Positions 22,401-31,972 of a DNA stretch of 64,000 nucleotides are shown here, one piece after another. The notes beneath the pieces were generated by a model. It was not told the origin of the DNA. It saw only the letters and a program-made list of their open reading frames with translations, and did not search any database. Made by a program: the position numbers and the translations under genes. The number at the start of each line of letters is the position of its first letter. Positions within the stretch are counted from its first letter, which is position 1. The stretch is from Thecamonas trahens ATCC 50062 (lineage: Eukaryota > Protista > Apusomonadida): positions 113,211-177,210 of the forward strand of contig NW_013657617.1 in NCBI RefSeq assembly GCF_000142905.1. The letters are read 5' to 3'.

Positions 22401-25400
22401 GACTGACCCGCTCGACTCGGCCGAGCTGATCTTTGTCCTCGACGCGTCGGCGTCGATGGGGGACGCGGCTGCGCTCGCTGACGCCAAGCACGCGCTCCGA
22501 GGCGCGCTGCTCCAGCTTGCGGCTACCATGGTGGAGCGGGCGGCAGCCGGCCTCGCGTGCCCCACCTTTAATCTTGTCCGTTTTGGCGACACTGTCGAGC
22601 GCGCGTTTGTGGCCCCGGCTCCGGTTTCGGCCACGTCACTCCGCAAGGCTCTCGCCTACCTTGATTCGCCGGTATCTGGCGAGGCCAACCTTGGCGGTAC
22701 CGATCTCTTTGCCGCCCTTCGCGGCCTCTACGCGCTCACCGACAGCTCGACCGGCCGCGCCGCGCAGCGCAACATCGTGCTTGTCAGCGACGGCCAGGCC
22801 GTGGGCGAAGACGCGCTCGGCGCTCTTGTAGCCGCCAACGCAGGCCACACGAGGCTGTTCACGGTCGGCGTGGGGGCCAAGCCGAACCGACACTTTCTAG
22901 CCGCGCTTGCTCGCCGTGGCGGCGGCACCAGCACTCTGGTTGGCTCGCCGTTCCGTGCCACTATGACCAAGAACGCGCGCCGAATGGCGCGGCTCGTCGC
23001 ACGCGCACTACAGCCGGATATGCGCAACGTCGAGCTCGAGTGGCGCCAGACAACTGAGACCGAGGAGGGCGCGCTCCAGGCTCCGGCCAAGGTCACCGCC
23101 CTCTTCAACGGCGAGCGGCTCATTGTCTATGGCTTTGTCGACTACTGCGCTTCTGTCTTTCTCCGCGCAAAGGGTCAAAACGCGTACTTTGAGACATGGG
23201 TCTCGGCCCGCCCGGCCACTACTACCAAGGGCAGCCTGGTCCATGCCCTCACCGCCCGCGCCATGGTCCGCGACTACGAAGAGGGCTCGTACTCGGAGAA
23301 CAAGCTTGTCCACGAGCTTGTCCGCAAGTCCAAGAAGGCCGACATCATCGCGCTCTCCTGCAAGTACTCGATTGTCTCGCCGTACACCTCGTTCATCGCG
23401 GTCGAGGAGCGCGTCGAGGGCGAAGCTGCCGTCGCTGCAAACGCACCCACCATGGCCGCCCTCGTTGCCGCCCACGCCGTGGACGCCATCCCTTACGTCG
23501 GCTGGAGCGACATTCCCATGACAACCGCCCCTCCTTTGACCGAGCTCGCCGACAGCGAGTCGTACGACGAGTGCGGCGAGTGCAGCGAGTATGACGGGTA
23601 CGACTGTGACTCGGACTCGGGCTCGGGCTCGGACTCGCTCTTTTCATCGTCATCACGCCAGGGCCGTCCTCGCCACAGGCACTCCTCGATTGCCTCGATC
23701 TCAAGTTCCAGCTCCAGCAGCATGGCCAGCAGCATGGCCAACTTGTTTAGCGATGATGGCCACGGCTCCAACACCGAGTGCGAGGACATTGCCGAGGAGG
23801 CCGAGGAAGATAACGACGACGATTTCAGTGACAACGACGACAACTATCACAACAGTCGCAGGGTGGAAAGGGTCGACTCGTGGCGCAGGAAAACGTCGAA
23901 GAACGCCTCGAGCGCCATCTCCGGCAAGAAGGGCAGCAAGAACCGGGACAAGGCGGTTGCTAAGCCCATGCCCAAGCCGGCAGCGGTGCACATGCTGAAG
24001 AAGAAGAAGAAGACGTTTGCCAAGAAGGCGGGTAGGTTTGCGGCTCCCAACTCGCGCGAGATCGCTATGCCTACCGAGATCAAGGGGGCGGCTTCGGCGG
24101 CTCCGGTGGCTCCGACTCCGGCCCCAGCGCGGGCACCTGTCGCCCCTAGCATTGAGGCCCCCCAAAAGAAGAGAAAGAAGGCACCCCAAGCAAAGGCAAT
24201 GGCCAAGCCTGCTTCTGTGCCAATGGCGAACGCCCGCGTGTCGTCTTCAGCGGCGCGCGCGCGTGTTCCCGCCAAGAAGGCTCCGAGGAAGCCGGGCCGC
24301 AGCGCCGTGGCCTCGGGCCCGCCACCACCGCCACCATCCGCCGCTGCGCCAATGAGCATGGCCATGCCTCCGCCGCCGCCACCGGCCGCTGGGCCGATGG
24401 GCGCGGCCTCTGTACCGCTGGCCATGCCACCGGCCGAGGTGTCGTCGGCATTTGGTGACGAAATGCTGGACCTCCTCTCCGAGGCACTTGTGCCACTGCC
24501 GGACTCGGATGACGATTTTGCTGGTGGCTTTGACTTTGCATGCGATTACGAGGACGAGCCGGAGCCAGAAGCTGTGGCCACGTCGTCGATGTTTGGCATG
24601 ATGGCGTTGCAGCAGGCCCAGGCCGAGGTCCCGTCGCAGCAGTTGATGCGCCAGGAGCTGTTGGGTTGCCTGAGTAGCACATCGAGCAGCATTTCTCCCT
24701 CGTCGCTTCTTGACCTTGGCGATCGTTCCCGCAGCGACAGCTCCCGCAACGGCGCAGGCTTTGGGAGCGGCGGCGGTGGTGGTGGAGGTAGAGGCAGGTC
24801 ATCGTTTGGCGGGCGCGGACGCGGGCGCGGCGGGTTCGGCTCGGGCCGGCGCGGGGCCAAGTTTGATTCGGCCGACTGGCGAGCGGCTGGTCCTCCTCGG
24901 GATGTCAGTGAGAACAACGGCATGGAGGCAGGGCTCAAGCTTGGTATCAGGCGTGAGCGCGAGCGTGAACGCGAGCGCATGAGCGGGCGGGCGCGCGCGC
25001 TCAAGTCCGCAGAGATGGCGTACAGGTCCCAGGAAGAGAGCCGACGATCGGAGGACACACATGTGTCGCGGCGCATGATCGAGGCCGAGATCCATGCGAC
25101 ACGCGCCGCGGCTGCCGCGGCTTCCGCCCTCCCCCAGGCGCTGGGAGGAGACCTGGCCCAGCCGGCGGCGATACCGGTCCGCTCGGCGTTCGAGCCCACG
25201 GTGGCCGAGAAGCGGATGGCAGCCGAGGCCGCGGCGCTCAAGGCGGCACTGGCGGCAGAGCAGGGCAACACGTTCTACGTCGGGCCCGAAGACGGCCTGC
25301 CTGCACTCCCGCTCCCGCCGGTTGTCGAAAGCACCCGGGCCGGCCGTGCCGATGCCGTGCCTCAGCTCGGCCCGGGCTGGGCGCCGACCGCCGAGGTTGT

Positions 25401-25704
25401 CGAGTGGATGGGCCTCACCTCGCTGGTCGACCAGATTGTCAACGAGCTGGCCACGCTCTTCCTCGCCAATGGCTACGATCTGGACGACATCGAGTCGCTG
25501 CTCCCCGCCATCCGCGCGTGCGTTCTCTCAGCCCGCCCCGACGCCGCGCGCGAGGCTAAGCTCAGCACCCTCGCCGCAGGTCAGTCGCGTCCGCTCACTT
25601 GGACCGCCCTCAACAAGAAGTTTGTCGCCCTCGTTTCTGCAGTCATTGTCGACCGCTACGGATCCGAGCTGATGCGCGCCGTCAAGCAGGTGCTCGGCGA
25701 GTAG
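19471..25704 (+). CDS. PARP4: PARP4 / vault-PARP-like protein: PARP regulatory and catalytic domains, VIT, vWA (start uncertain, ATG 19471 or 19870)
   Basis: Catalytic triad segments LYHGSR..ILSRGL, LGAGLYFSD..YA and FEDDEYVVY. VIT segment IEARYVFPL..VCGFEAFINGKHVVGVVKEKEEARREYRKAV..GHGAYLM..SVGNLPP. vWA segment LIFVLDASASM..GGTDL..LVSDG..LFTVGVG. Confidence 0.9.
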   Translation: MTALQKKAFKLAHSHSLSSPRTAAGLWVAQRVPTASFPSVTDASARGGALDPLKTPLRSVAGRSIGRGVASSPATPYSPAGPFTPTPAKIRAREAAQRIEAEYEPGNGKCDGPAVLCLDAVAVDAAPAVSVGRMDETVPPPRPPSPPPPPGAASSTPDAGTQVDEPQFDQGMLARIKAYAPPNAPGAPEFGDEYVVALKDTLKRGGMFYGLELHVAQAAVRVYVHRGPISGLAGGIAARTCVAPGVHEAYYPASLGEAKALYVRLFNEYTAAGYRKIELLSAVIGSAVAVAASAALCCTADGPRTSSLPAATQALVTLLFDEATEWIERNLNGGRVTAAGIETPMGALSASQVRTAGIALAELFYAFLSGMPQTAPQDYQALVSSFYDALPALNRVTFTELAHFDGLDELLAAMADLLVVNEATGGASIFSRGAVDAQFRTLHTHITPLVPSSPLYRQVSQSLLRSQVAGKQTRIKVVSMYKMARPEESAVFRSDLGNVQQLYHGSRAGNFVGILSRGLQLPTVVVKRYGGERYDVGRLGAGLYFSDAASTAIAYASPSARGTRFIAVYSVALGKVYPVSSERQAWVAPPAGYHSVRAKSVLADPRSQFEDDEYVVYATDQVRLDYLVEVTAYGEVAQRGREPPALLSAGSRAPQHPDALDSDGDESYDSSEDSDAPGSLAALRSVISAHSEYTPSMDPKDPHGSKAGPDPGPVGLLAKSASGGGESPVPLVGVHVRGRMVDLVGEILLLQEYTNPSTDTIEARYVFPLNEGCAVCGFEAFINGKHVVGVVKEKEEARREYRKAVAAGHGAYLMEEEKADLFTVSVGNLPPGASVLIKVKYVTELGMDGDDIVFSLPAHIAPSTAATAALSRVLQSKTSTVAMAAGSGAPGGTPITVQLALDMPYAITRLESLYHPIRARQTETKATVELVGQPVGMGGADFVLLVRIEKPHEPRMWIEVNEAGHRACMLSFYPQFETDPLDSAELIFVLDASASMGDAAALADAKHALRGALLQLAATMVERAAAGLACPTFNLVRFGDTVERAFVAPAPVSATSLRKALAYLDSPVSGEANLGGTDLFAALRGLYALTDSSTGRAAQRNIVLVSDGQAVGEDALGALVAANAGHTRLFTVGVGAKPNRHFLAALARRGGGTSTLVGSPFRATMTKNARRMARLVARALQPDMRNVELEWRQTTETEEGALQAPAKVTALFNGERLIVYGFVDYCASVFLRAKGQNAYFETWVSARPATTTKGSLVHALTARAMVRDYEEGSYSENKLVHELVRKSKKADIIALSCKYSIVSPYTSFIAVEERVEGEAAVAANAPTMAALVAAHAVDAIPYVGWSDIPMTTAPPLTELADSESYDECGECSEYDGYDCDSDSGSGSDSLFSSSSRQGRPRHRHSSIASISSSSSSSMASSMANLFSDDGHGSNTECEDIAEEAEEDNDDDFSDNDDNYHNSRRVERVDSWRRKTSKNASSAISGKKGSKNRDKAVAKPMPKPAAVHMLKKKKKTFAKKAGRFAAPNSREIAMPTEIKGAASAAPVAPTPAPARAPVAPSIEAPQKKRKKAPQAKAMAKPASVPMANARVSSSAARARVPAKKAPRKPGRSAVASGPPPPPPSAAAPMSMAMPPPPPPAAGPMGAASVPLAMPPAEVSSAFGDEMLDLLSEALVPLPDSDDDFAGGFDFACDYEDEPEPEAVATSSMFGMMALQQAQAEVPSQQLMRQELLGCLSSTSSSISPSSLLDLGDRSRSDSSRNGAGFGSGGGGGGGRGRSSFGGRGRGRGGFGSGRRGAKFDSADWRAAGPPRDVSENNGMEAGLKLGIRRERERERERMSGRARALKSAEMAYRSQEESRRSEDTHVSRRMIEAEIHATRAAAAAASALPQALGGDLAQPAAIPVRSAFEPTVAEKRMAAEAAALKAALAAEQGNTFYVGPEDGLPALPLPPVVESTRAGRADAVPQLGPGWAPTAEVVEWMGLTSLVDQIVNELATLFLANGYDLDDIESLLPAIRACVLSARPDAAREAKLSTLAAGQSRPLTWTALNKKFVALVSAVIVDRYGSELMRAVKQVLGE

Positions 25705-25929
25705 CACACAACCTGTGTGCGCTGTGGTGGCCACGTCAGCCAAGCGAAAAGAAAAAAAAAGTTATGCAGTATTTGTCGCGCCAAGCGCACGCGCGGCGCC
25801 CAGCAACGGAGCAGCGGCACGGATTTTGGTGGGCATATGCCACTCTTCGCTTGAAGGCCACTCACTCTTCTCACCTGCCACCCTCAGCCTGCTCACCGGC
25901 ACTCTTGCTCACACCCCTCGACACCAAAC

Positions 25930-28900
25930 ATGGCTAAGTGCATGTACATGCCCTCCACCACACTCGTTCTCCTTGTCTTCCTTGTTGCTCTCACTACCTC
26001 GAGTCGTGCTAGTCAACCGCCCGCGTGCGTCTCGGACTTGACCGTCACCGGCGAGGTAATTGACTCTGGACGAAATGGCATCACTGCCGCTGCGCTCGGT
26101 CTCATTGACAGCGATGGTTGGCTTGATGCCGTGGCGGCCTTTGACGACGAAGGTACCATTTCGTGGTACAAAAATACTGATGGCGCTGGTACTTTTGCTC
26201 CGCCGGTCAACGTCGTCACGGGCATTACCTCGATTCGCAAAGTCGCCGTCGTCGATGTGGATGACGATGGTTGGAACGATGTGGTGTTTGGCCAGGATAG
26301 CTCGTCGTCTGGTTTCATCGCTTGGGCGAGGTCTACCGATGGTAGTGGCGCGTTTGCTGCTCCAGTCACCATTACGGCTTGCAACGACTTTGACGACTTT
26401 GTCTTGGGTGACGTGGACAATGATGGCGATGATGACCTTGTCGCTGCCTGCCCCTCATCTGGCGACGTCTTTTTCGTCGAACGGCTGACAGGGGGCTCCT
26501 TTGCGTCGGCTATCACTATCACCGACGACTTTAACGGGCCTTCGTCGGTCGGGCTCGGCGACTTTAACCAGGATGGCGCGCTCGACGTCGTATTTTCTGC
26601 CGCCTTTGTCGACACGCTCGTGCTTGCTCTGGGGTCTGGCGACGGGAACTTTGGGCCAAGCACGGTGGTCTACTCGGACATCGACTCGCCAAAAGCAGTG
26701 GCAGTCGGCGACTTTAACAGCGACGGCTTGGCCGACTTTGCTGCTGTGGGCGGCGGCGACGACACGGTGCTCTGGTTCCGCAACACGGGCAACGGTAGTT
26801 TTGCTCCGCCGACCACTATTGCCTCGCTCTATGACGCGCCACGCGACTTGGCTGTTGTCGACATGAACGGCGACGGGATCGACGACGTCATCCTGTGCAC
26901 CACCGCCGGAACGCTGGCAGTCTTCTACGTTCTCGACGAGAACGGCAAGTTTGGTGGCGCCAACGTGGTCGACTCGCGCTACGCGCCGATGTACCGAATT
27001 GCTACGGGCGACGTCGACGGCGACACGAGGCCGGACATTGTCATCGGCTCGACCCACTCGCACTCACAGCTACGGCTCTTCCGCAACAACCCGGTACAGG
27101 CTGCATCGTACTCACCTGACGCGTCGGTGACACCGAGCGTGTCACCCACGCTTGTCACCGGCTTTGATGGCATTCGGGATTTGGTGGTGGCAGACGTCGA
27201 CGCCGACGGCCTGCTCGACATTGTCGCCTCGGCGTCCAACATCGACATGGTCGCGTGGGCGCGGCAGCTGCCGTCCGGCCGCGGCTTTGGCGCCACCACC
27301 ATCATCTCGCTCTCGATCGATGGCGTGCGTGGCATCGACGTGGCAGACGTCGATGCTGATGGTGACGTCGATGTTGTCTCGACCGCCACCCTCGCCAGCA
27401 AGATCTTTGTCCACACCAATGTCGACGGTGCAGGCGGGCGATGGAGCACGGCCGAGCTAGCGTCCAACTTTGGCGACCCGCGCTCGATTGTCCTTGCTGA
27501 TCTCGACGGCGACGCCCTGCTCGACATTGTGTCCGGCGCGATGAGCTCGGGCGTCGTCGCCTGGTTTCGCAACACCGGAACCGGGACCGGTGCGCTCCGG
27601 TTCTCGGCGCCGATCACAGTTGCCACGCTTTCGCCTGGCCCGGGTGACATCATTGTGGCTGACGTCGACGGCTCTGGCGCGCCCGACATTGTCACCATGG
27701 CGTACGAATCCAGCGGAGGCGACGCCTTCATCGCCTGGTTACCGAACCTCGACGGCGCAGGCTCGTTTGGCTCACCGGTCTTCCTTCCGCCGGGCATCTA
27801 CACCGGCCAGCATGGCATTGCGGTCGCCGCGGCTGATTTCGACGGCGACAACGATACCGACCTCGTTGCCGCCTCGCTGTGGCAGAACGCTGTGGCGTGG
27901 TACGACAACCTCGATGGGCTCGGTAGTGCTTGGAGCGAGACGGTGCTCTCGACAAGCCTCGACGGCGCGATCTTTGTGGCCGGCGCCGACATCGACGCTG
28001 ATGGCGACCAAGACATTGTTGCGTGTGCCGAGTACGGCGACGACGTCGGGTACTTTGTCAACAGTGACGGGGCGGGCAGCTTTGCGCCGTTCCTCCTTGT
28101 CTCGTATGTGGCCTACTCGCCGCGAGTAGTGCGGGTGGTCGACCTCGACGGCGACTCGGACCTCGACCTGGTGGTGGCGTCGTCTACGTCGGATGGCGTG
28201 GCGTGGTTCCCGGGGCGGACCCGTAACGCATGGACAACTGTACGTGTACCGACCTCGCTCAGCATGGTGTACGAGTCGCGGGCATGTGGCGTCGACAAGT
28301 TCTCGCTCCTCTGTCTCCTCGACAACATCCGGCGGACCTCGCTCTGCGTTCGTGACACACTGCTGCTGGAGCCTGGGGTGTACAGCTGTCGCGGCGGGGC
28401 ACATGCGTCGATTGGGCGGACGCTCACGCTCGCGCCACGGGTGCCCGGTACAGTCTCGTTTGATTGTGACGGTGGAGTGCTCTTTCTTGTCACGGCCTCG
28501 CCGACGTTTGTTGAGGCCCGCGGCGACGTCGAGATCCGCGACGTCGAGCTGACCCGCCTCGGACAGGGAAGCCACGGCATCGAGGCGTCGCCGGGCATCC
28601 GAATCTCAGGCGACGGCGCTCGGCTGGTTCTCACTTCGGTCTCGATTCGCGAGTCCAAGACCGAGAACCTGCCTGGTCAGGTGTACGTCGACGAGGGCCT
28701 CGGCGGAGTGCTGCTTGCCGTGAGCGGCGGGCGGCTGGAGGTCAACAACTCGACGATCGAGCAGACATCGACGACGGGCGCCGGCGGCGCGATTGCCTGT
28801 CGTGGCGTCGGCTCGTCGGTCCTGGCCAGCCACTCACGAATCGCGAGCTGCTCGGCGAGTGAGCGCGGCGGTGGCCTTGCGGTGGTCGACGGCGGCTCGG

Positions 28901-31866
28901 CTGTGCTTCATCAGTCAGTGGTGGAGAGCAACACAGCGAGTAGCGGTGGTGGCGGCGGAATCTACGTCTCGGGCACCAGCACCCTCAAGGTGACCGGTGG
29001 CGAGATCCGCGGCAACAGCGGCGGCGGGGCCGGTGGTGGAATCTTGGTCGCGGCCACCGGTCGCGGCGAACTGTTGGGTGTGACCGTGCGCGGCAACAGC
29101 GGTGGATCGGGCGGCGGGCTTGCGGTGGCGAGCGAGGCGGTGGCGTCAGCGGTGGCGATTCTGCAGTCGGCAGCAGACATGCCGCGTGCAGACCCGAGTG
29201 CGGACAGCTACGTCGGGCCTGGGCCCGAGTCGACTGCGGCGCTAGTCTTGACCGATGTCAGCGTTGTCGACAACGTTGCACGAATGCATGGCGGCGGCGC
29301 GAGCGTGTGCGGCGGACGTGTGGTGATCTCGGGCACTTCCTCGCGTTGGGCGGGTAATGCGGCGCAGCGGACGCCGGTTGCGATGCGCAGCTCGGCGGAT
29401 GTGTTTGTGTGCGCGCCGTCGGCGTCATGGACAGGAGCTGCGAGCCGCGAGAGCGCGGACAGCCTTCCGTGGCTCCGGATTGCGCCGGCGGTGTTTGGTG
29501 GCGGCATGGCGGGCGCAGCCATCCATGGACCTCCGGCGGCACTCGAGTGGGCGAGCGCTCCGAGTCGAAGCCTGCAGGCTGGCGAACCAATGAGCGGCCG
29601 GGTGCGAGCCCGCGACTGGCTCGGAGAGCCTGTGGTGTACACTGGAGTGCAGCTCAGAATGAGGTTCCCCAGCATGGGATCCGGACTTGGAATTGTGGAG
29701 GCGCCGCAGCCGACGACGTTCACCGAGTCGTCGCCGATCCCAGCAGTGCGGCTCGGGGCGATGTCGGCCGAGAGCGTACCGGTGGATGTGGCATTCACGG
29801 TCGAGGTGAGTGGGGCCGGAGGCGCGCTGCCTGTGGCGAGCGTGGGCGGACAGGTGGCCGTCACGGCATGTCGCGGCGGATTTGGCGTCGAGAGCTTGGT
29901 AACGGCAGACGCGGCCGATGTTGTGCTCGGGTGCCGGGCGTGCGACGCCGGAACAGGTGCTGTAGCCGGGTTCAACACATGCGGTGGCATTCCCGAGTGC
30001 GCTGCCAACACGGCGCGGATCAACACGACGGGGCTCAACGCAGGATCGGTGGAGCCGTGCTTCTGCCTGCCAGGGTTTTGGAGCGAGAGCGGCGAGAGCG
30101 ACGTGGCGTGTGTGGGGTGTCCGCCTGGCGGAGTGTGCGTAGGCGGGACGGCGCGGCCGGTGGCGGCGCCGGGCTTTTTCCCCGACGCCAGCGATAGCGC
30201 GCTGTTTCTGGCGTGCCCGACGGCCGAGGCGTGCTCAGGCAGCGGGATGTGCGCGACCGGGTACGAGGGCCAGCTGTGCGCGTCGTGCGCCGCGGGCTAC
30301 TTTTCGCTCCGCGGACGATGCTACCGATGCAAGACCGAGGCAAACACTGCGGTGATGGTGGTGATTGTGGCGGTGGTGGCGGTGGTCCTTGCGATACTCC
30401 TCGGATTCAACCTCTCGGACAGCGTGCGGTATAAGTTTGCGGCGGCGATGATCGGGCTCAACGCGCTGCAGATCTCAGCCATCTACGGGCAGCTGGAGCT
30501 GGAGTGGGGCGACTGGGCAGAGCTGTACTTTGAGGCCATCTCGTCGTTCAACCTCAATCTCGAGCTGACCTCGCCCGAGTGCTCGCTTGGGCGCGAAGTC
30601 GATGTCTGGGTCATCAAGTTGGTGCTTACACTTCTGCTTCCGATTGCGGTGGCGGCGTGCCTGGCGTTGGTAGCGGGCGGCGCTGCGCTGCTTGCAAGCA
30701 GCGGCATCGGATGGCTCGGACGGAAGAGCGTGCGCGAGGTGGGCAACGCGTACGTGCGGACGCTGTTCCAGACCCTTGTTCTCCTCTATCTCCCGCTGTC
30801 GTCTGCGGCGTTTCGGCTCTTTGACTGCCGGCGCAACGAGGCTGGCAGCTGGGTGCTTGCAAGGACTGCGCGGCGGTGCTACGATTCCAAGTGGTGGGCG
30901 CTGCTCCCGATCGCACTCACAGGGGTGGTGGCGTACGCGCTGGCGATCCCCAGCGCCGTGGTGTGGGTGCTCAAGCGGCGACGGGCCGAGCTCGATCAGC
31001 TCACGTTTGTGCTCCGGTACGGGTTCCTTGTGGGCCGGTTCACTGCTTCGGCGTGGTGGTTTGAGGCAGCCATCATGGGGCGCAAGCTCGTTGTTGTGGT
31101 GTGCATGACGTTCTTTGTGGGCGACGACTCGAAAGCGTCTGCGGCGGCGGTGTCGCTCGCGGTGGCACTCGTGCACGTGGTGCAGGTGCATCCTTACGGC
31201 CGCGAGCTGCATAACAGGCTCGCTATGATTGTGCTTGGATCGTGTGCCCTCGTCCTCGAGGCCGGTACCTTTGACGACAAGCGGCTGCGGCAGGGCTTTG
31301 TGCTCGGCGGGCTTGCGGTCAACGTGCTCGCGATCGTGATAGGCAACGCGCTCGATGTCCGGCTCATGCTTGCGGTCGAGGCCAAGGCCAACGACGAGTT
31401 TTTCTCGCCAGACACGACGCTCGAGCTCGCGTCGATGCCGCTCCAGCTGGAAGAGCCGAGCAACAACGGTGTGACGATGGACTCGGTAGCGCTTGATGAC
31501 GTCGGCAGCAGCTTTCCGGTGGCGCGGCAGCAGGCCGGTGTCAGCGACACCGAGTATGGTGACAGCACAGCCAGTTGCGCCAACACGCCCACGCACGGCA
31601 CGGTCTCCAGCATTGTGGTCGATGAAAGCGCAGCGGGCGTCTCGACCGTGGTCTTGTCGACGACTCGAGCGCGGCCGCCGCTGCCGCCGCCTCCATCGTC
31701 GTCGTCACCGTTTCACATGACAGAGCATACACCCGCGTACGACCCGCTCTCCAGCATCCAAGGCGCTGGAAGCACGGCGGGCGTTTCAACCATCGCCTCG
31801 ACGACGACTCGAGCGCCGCCGCCGCCACTGCTGCCTCGGTCGTCATCATCGTCGTCGTCGTCATGA
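25930..31866 (+). CDS. Large surface protein: signal peptide, many FG-GAP/VCBS repeats, PMP-like beta-helix repeats, Cys-rich region, multi-pass TM domain
   Basis: 1978-aa ORF. Repeated DxDxDGxxD(I/L)V motifs (~26090-28200); GGAI/GGGI..N.A repeats (~28700-29370); Cys-rich C.CLPGFW..C..CP.GG.C..GYEG.LC..C..GY; about 7-9 hydrophobic helices (~30350-31350). Confidence 0.9.
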   Translation: MAKCMYMPSTTLVLLVFLVALTTSSRASQPPACVSDLTVTGEVIDSGRNGITAAALGLIDSDGWLDAVAAFDDEGTISWYKNTDGAGTFAPPVNVVTGITSIRKVAVVDVDDDGWNDVVFGQDSSSSGFIAWARSTDGSGAFAAPVTITACNDFDDFVLGDVDNDGDDDLVAACPSSGDVFFVERLTGGSFASAITITDDFNGPSSVGLGDFNQDGALDVVFSAAFVDTLVLALGSGDGNFGPSTVVYSDIDSPKAVAVGDFNSDGLADFAAVGGGDDTVLWFRNTGNGSFAPPTTIASLYDAPRDLAVVDMNGDGIDDVILCTTAGTLAVFYVLDENGKFGGANVVDSRYAPMYRIATGDVDGDTRPDIVIGSTHSHSQLRLFRNNPVQAASYSPDASVTPSVSPTLVTGFDGIRDLVVADVDADGLLDIVASASNIDMVAWARQLPSGRGFGATTIISLSIDGVRGIDVADVDADGDVDVVSTATLASKIFVHTNVDGAGGRWSTAELASNFGDPRSIVLADLDGDALLDIVSGAMSSGVVAWFRNTGTGTGALRFSAPITVATLSPGPGDIIVADVDGSGAPDIVTMAYESSGGDAFIAWLPNLDGAGSFGSPVFLPPGIYTGQHGIAVAAADFDGDNDTDLVAASLWQNAVAWYDNLDGLGSAWSETVLSTSLDGAIFVAGADIDADGDQDIVACAEYGDDVGYFVNSDGAGSFAPFLLVSYVAYSPRVVRVVDLDGDSDLDLVVASSTSDGVAWFPGRTRNAWTTVRVPTSLSMVYESRACGVDKFSLLCLLDNIRRTSLCVRDTLLLEPGVYSCRGGAHASIGRTLTLAPRVPGTVSFDCDGGVLFLVTASPTFVEARGDVEIRDVELTRLGQGSHGIEASPGIRISGDGARLVLTSVSIRESKTENLPGQVYVDEGLGGVLLAVSGGRLEVNNSTIEQTSTTGAGGAIACRGVGSSVLASHSRIASCSASERGGGLAVVDGGSAVLHQSVVESNTASSGGGGGIYVSGTSTLKVTGGEIRGNSGGGAGGGILVAATGRGELLGVTVRGNSGGSGGGLAVASEAVASAVAILQSAADMPRADPSADSYVGPGPESTAALVLTDVSVVDNVARMHGGGASVCGGRVVISGTSSRWAGNAAQRTPVAMRSSADVFVCAPSASWTGAASRESADSLPWLRIAPAVFGGGMAGAAIHGPPAALEWASAPSRSLQAGEPMSGRVRARDWLGEPVVYTGVQLRMRFPSMGSGLGIVEAPQPTTFTESSPIPAVRLGAMSAESVPVDVAFTVEVSGAGGALPVASVGGQVAVTACRGGFGVESLVTADAADVVLGCRACDAGTGAVAGFNTCGGIPECAANTARINTTGLNAGSVEPCFCLPGFWSESGESDVACVGCPPGGVCVGGTARPVAAPGFFPDASDSALFLACPTAEACSGSGMCATGYEGQLCASCAAGYFSLRGRCYRCKTEANTAVMVVIVAVVAVVLAILLGFNLSDSVRYKFAAAMIGLNALQISAIYGQLELEWGDWAELYFEAISSFNLNLELTSPECSLGREVDVWVIKLVLTLLLPIAVAACLALVAGGAALLASSGIGWLGRKSVREVGNAYVRTLFQTLVLLYLPLSSAAFRLFDCRRNEAGSWVLARTARRCYDSKWWALLPIALTGVVAYALAIPSAVVWVLKRRRAELDQLTFVLRYGFLVGRFTASAWWFEAAIMGRKLVVVVCMTFFVGDDSKASAAAVSLAVALVHVVQVHPYGRELHNRLAMIVLGSCALVLEAGTFDDKRLRQGFVLGGLAVNVLAIVIGNALDVRLMLAVEAKANDEFFSPDTTLELASMPLQLEEPSNNGVTMDSVALDDVGSSFPVARQQAGVSDTEYGDSTASCANTPTHGTVSSIVVDESAAGVSTVVLSTTRARPPLPPPPSSSSPFHMTEHTPAYDPLSSIQGAGSTAGVSTIASTTTRAPPPPLLPRSSSSSSSS

Positions 31867-31907
31867 CCATTCGTTGTAAAACCAGTTTAACCGGGCGCAC
31901 CACCGCC

Positions 31908-31972
31908 CCTGGTGCTGGCGCTGGCGCTGGCGCTGGCGCTGGCTCTGGCGCTGGCGCTGGCTCTGGCTCTCG
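31908..31972. repeat. (GGCGCT/GGCTCT)n hexamer microsatellite
   Basis: Directly visible. Confidence 0.85.
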
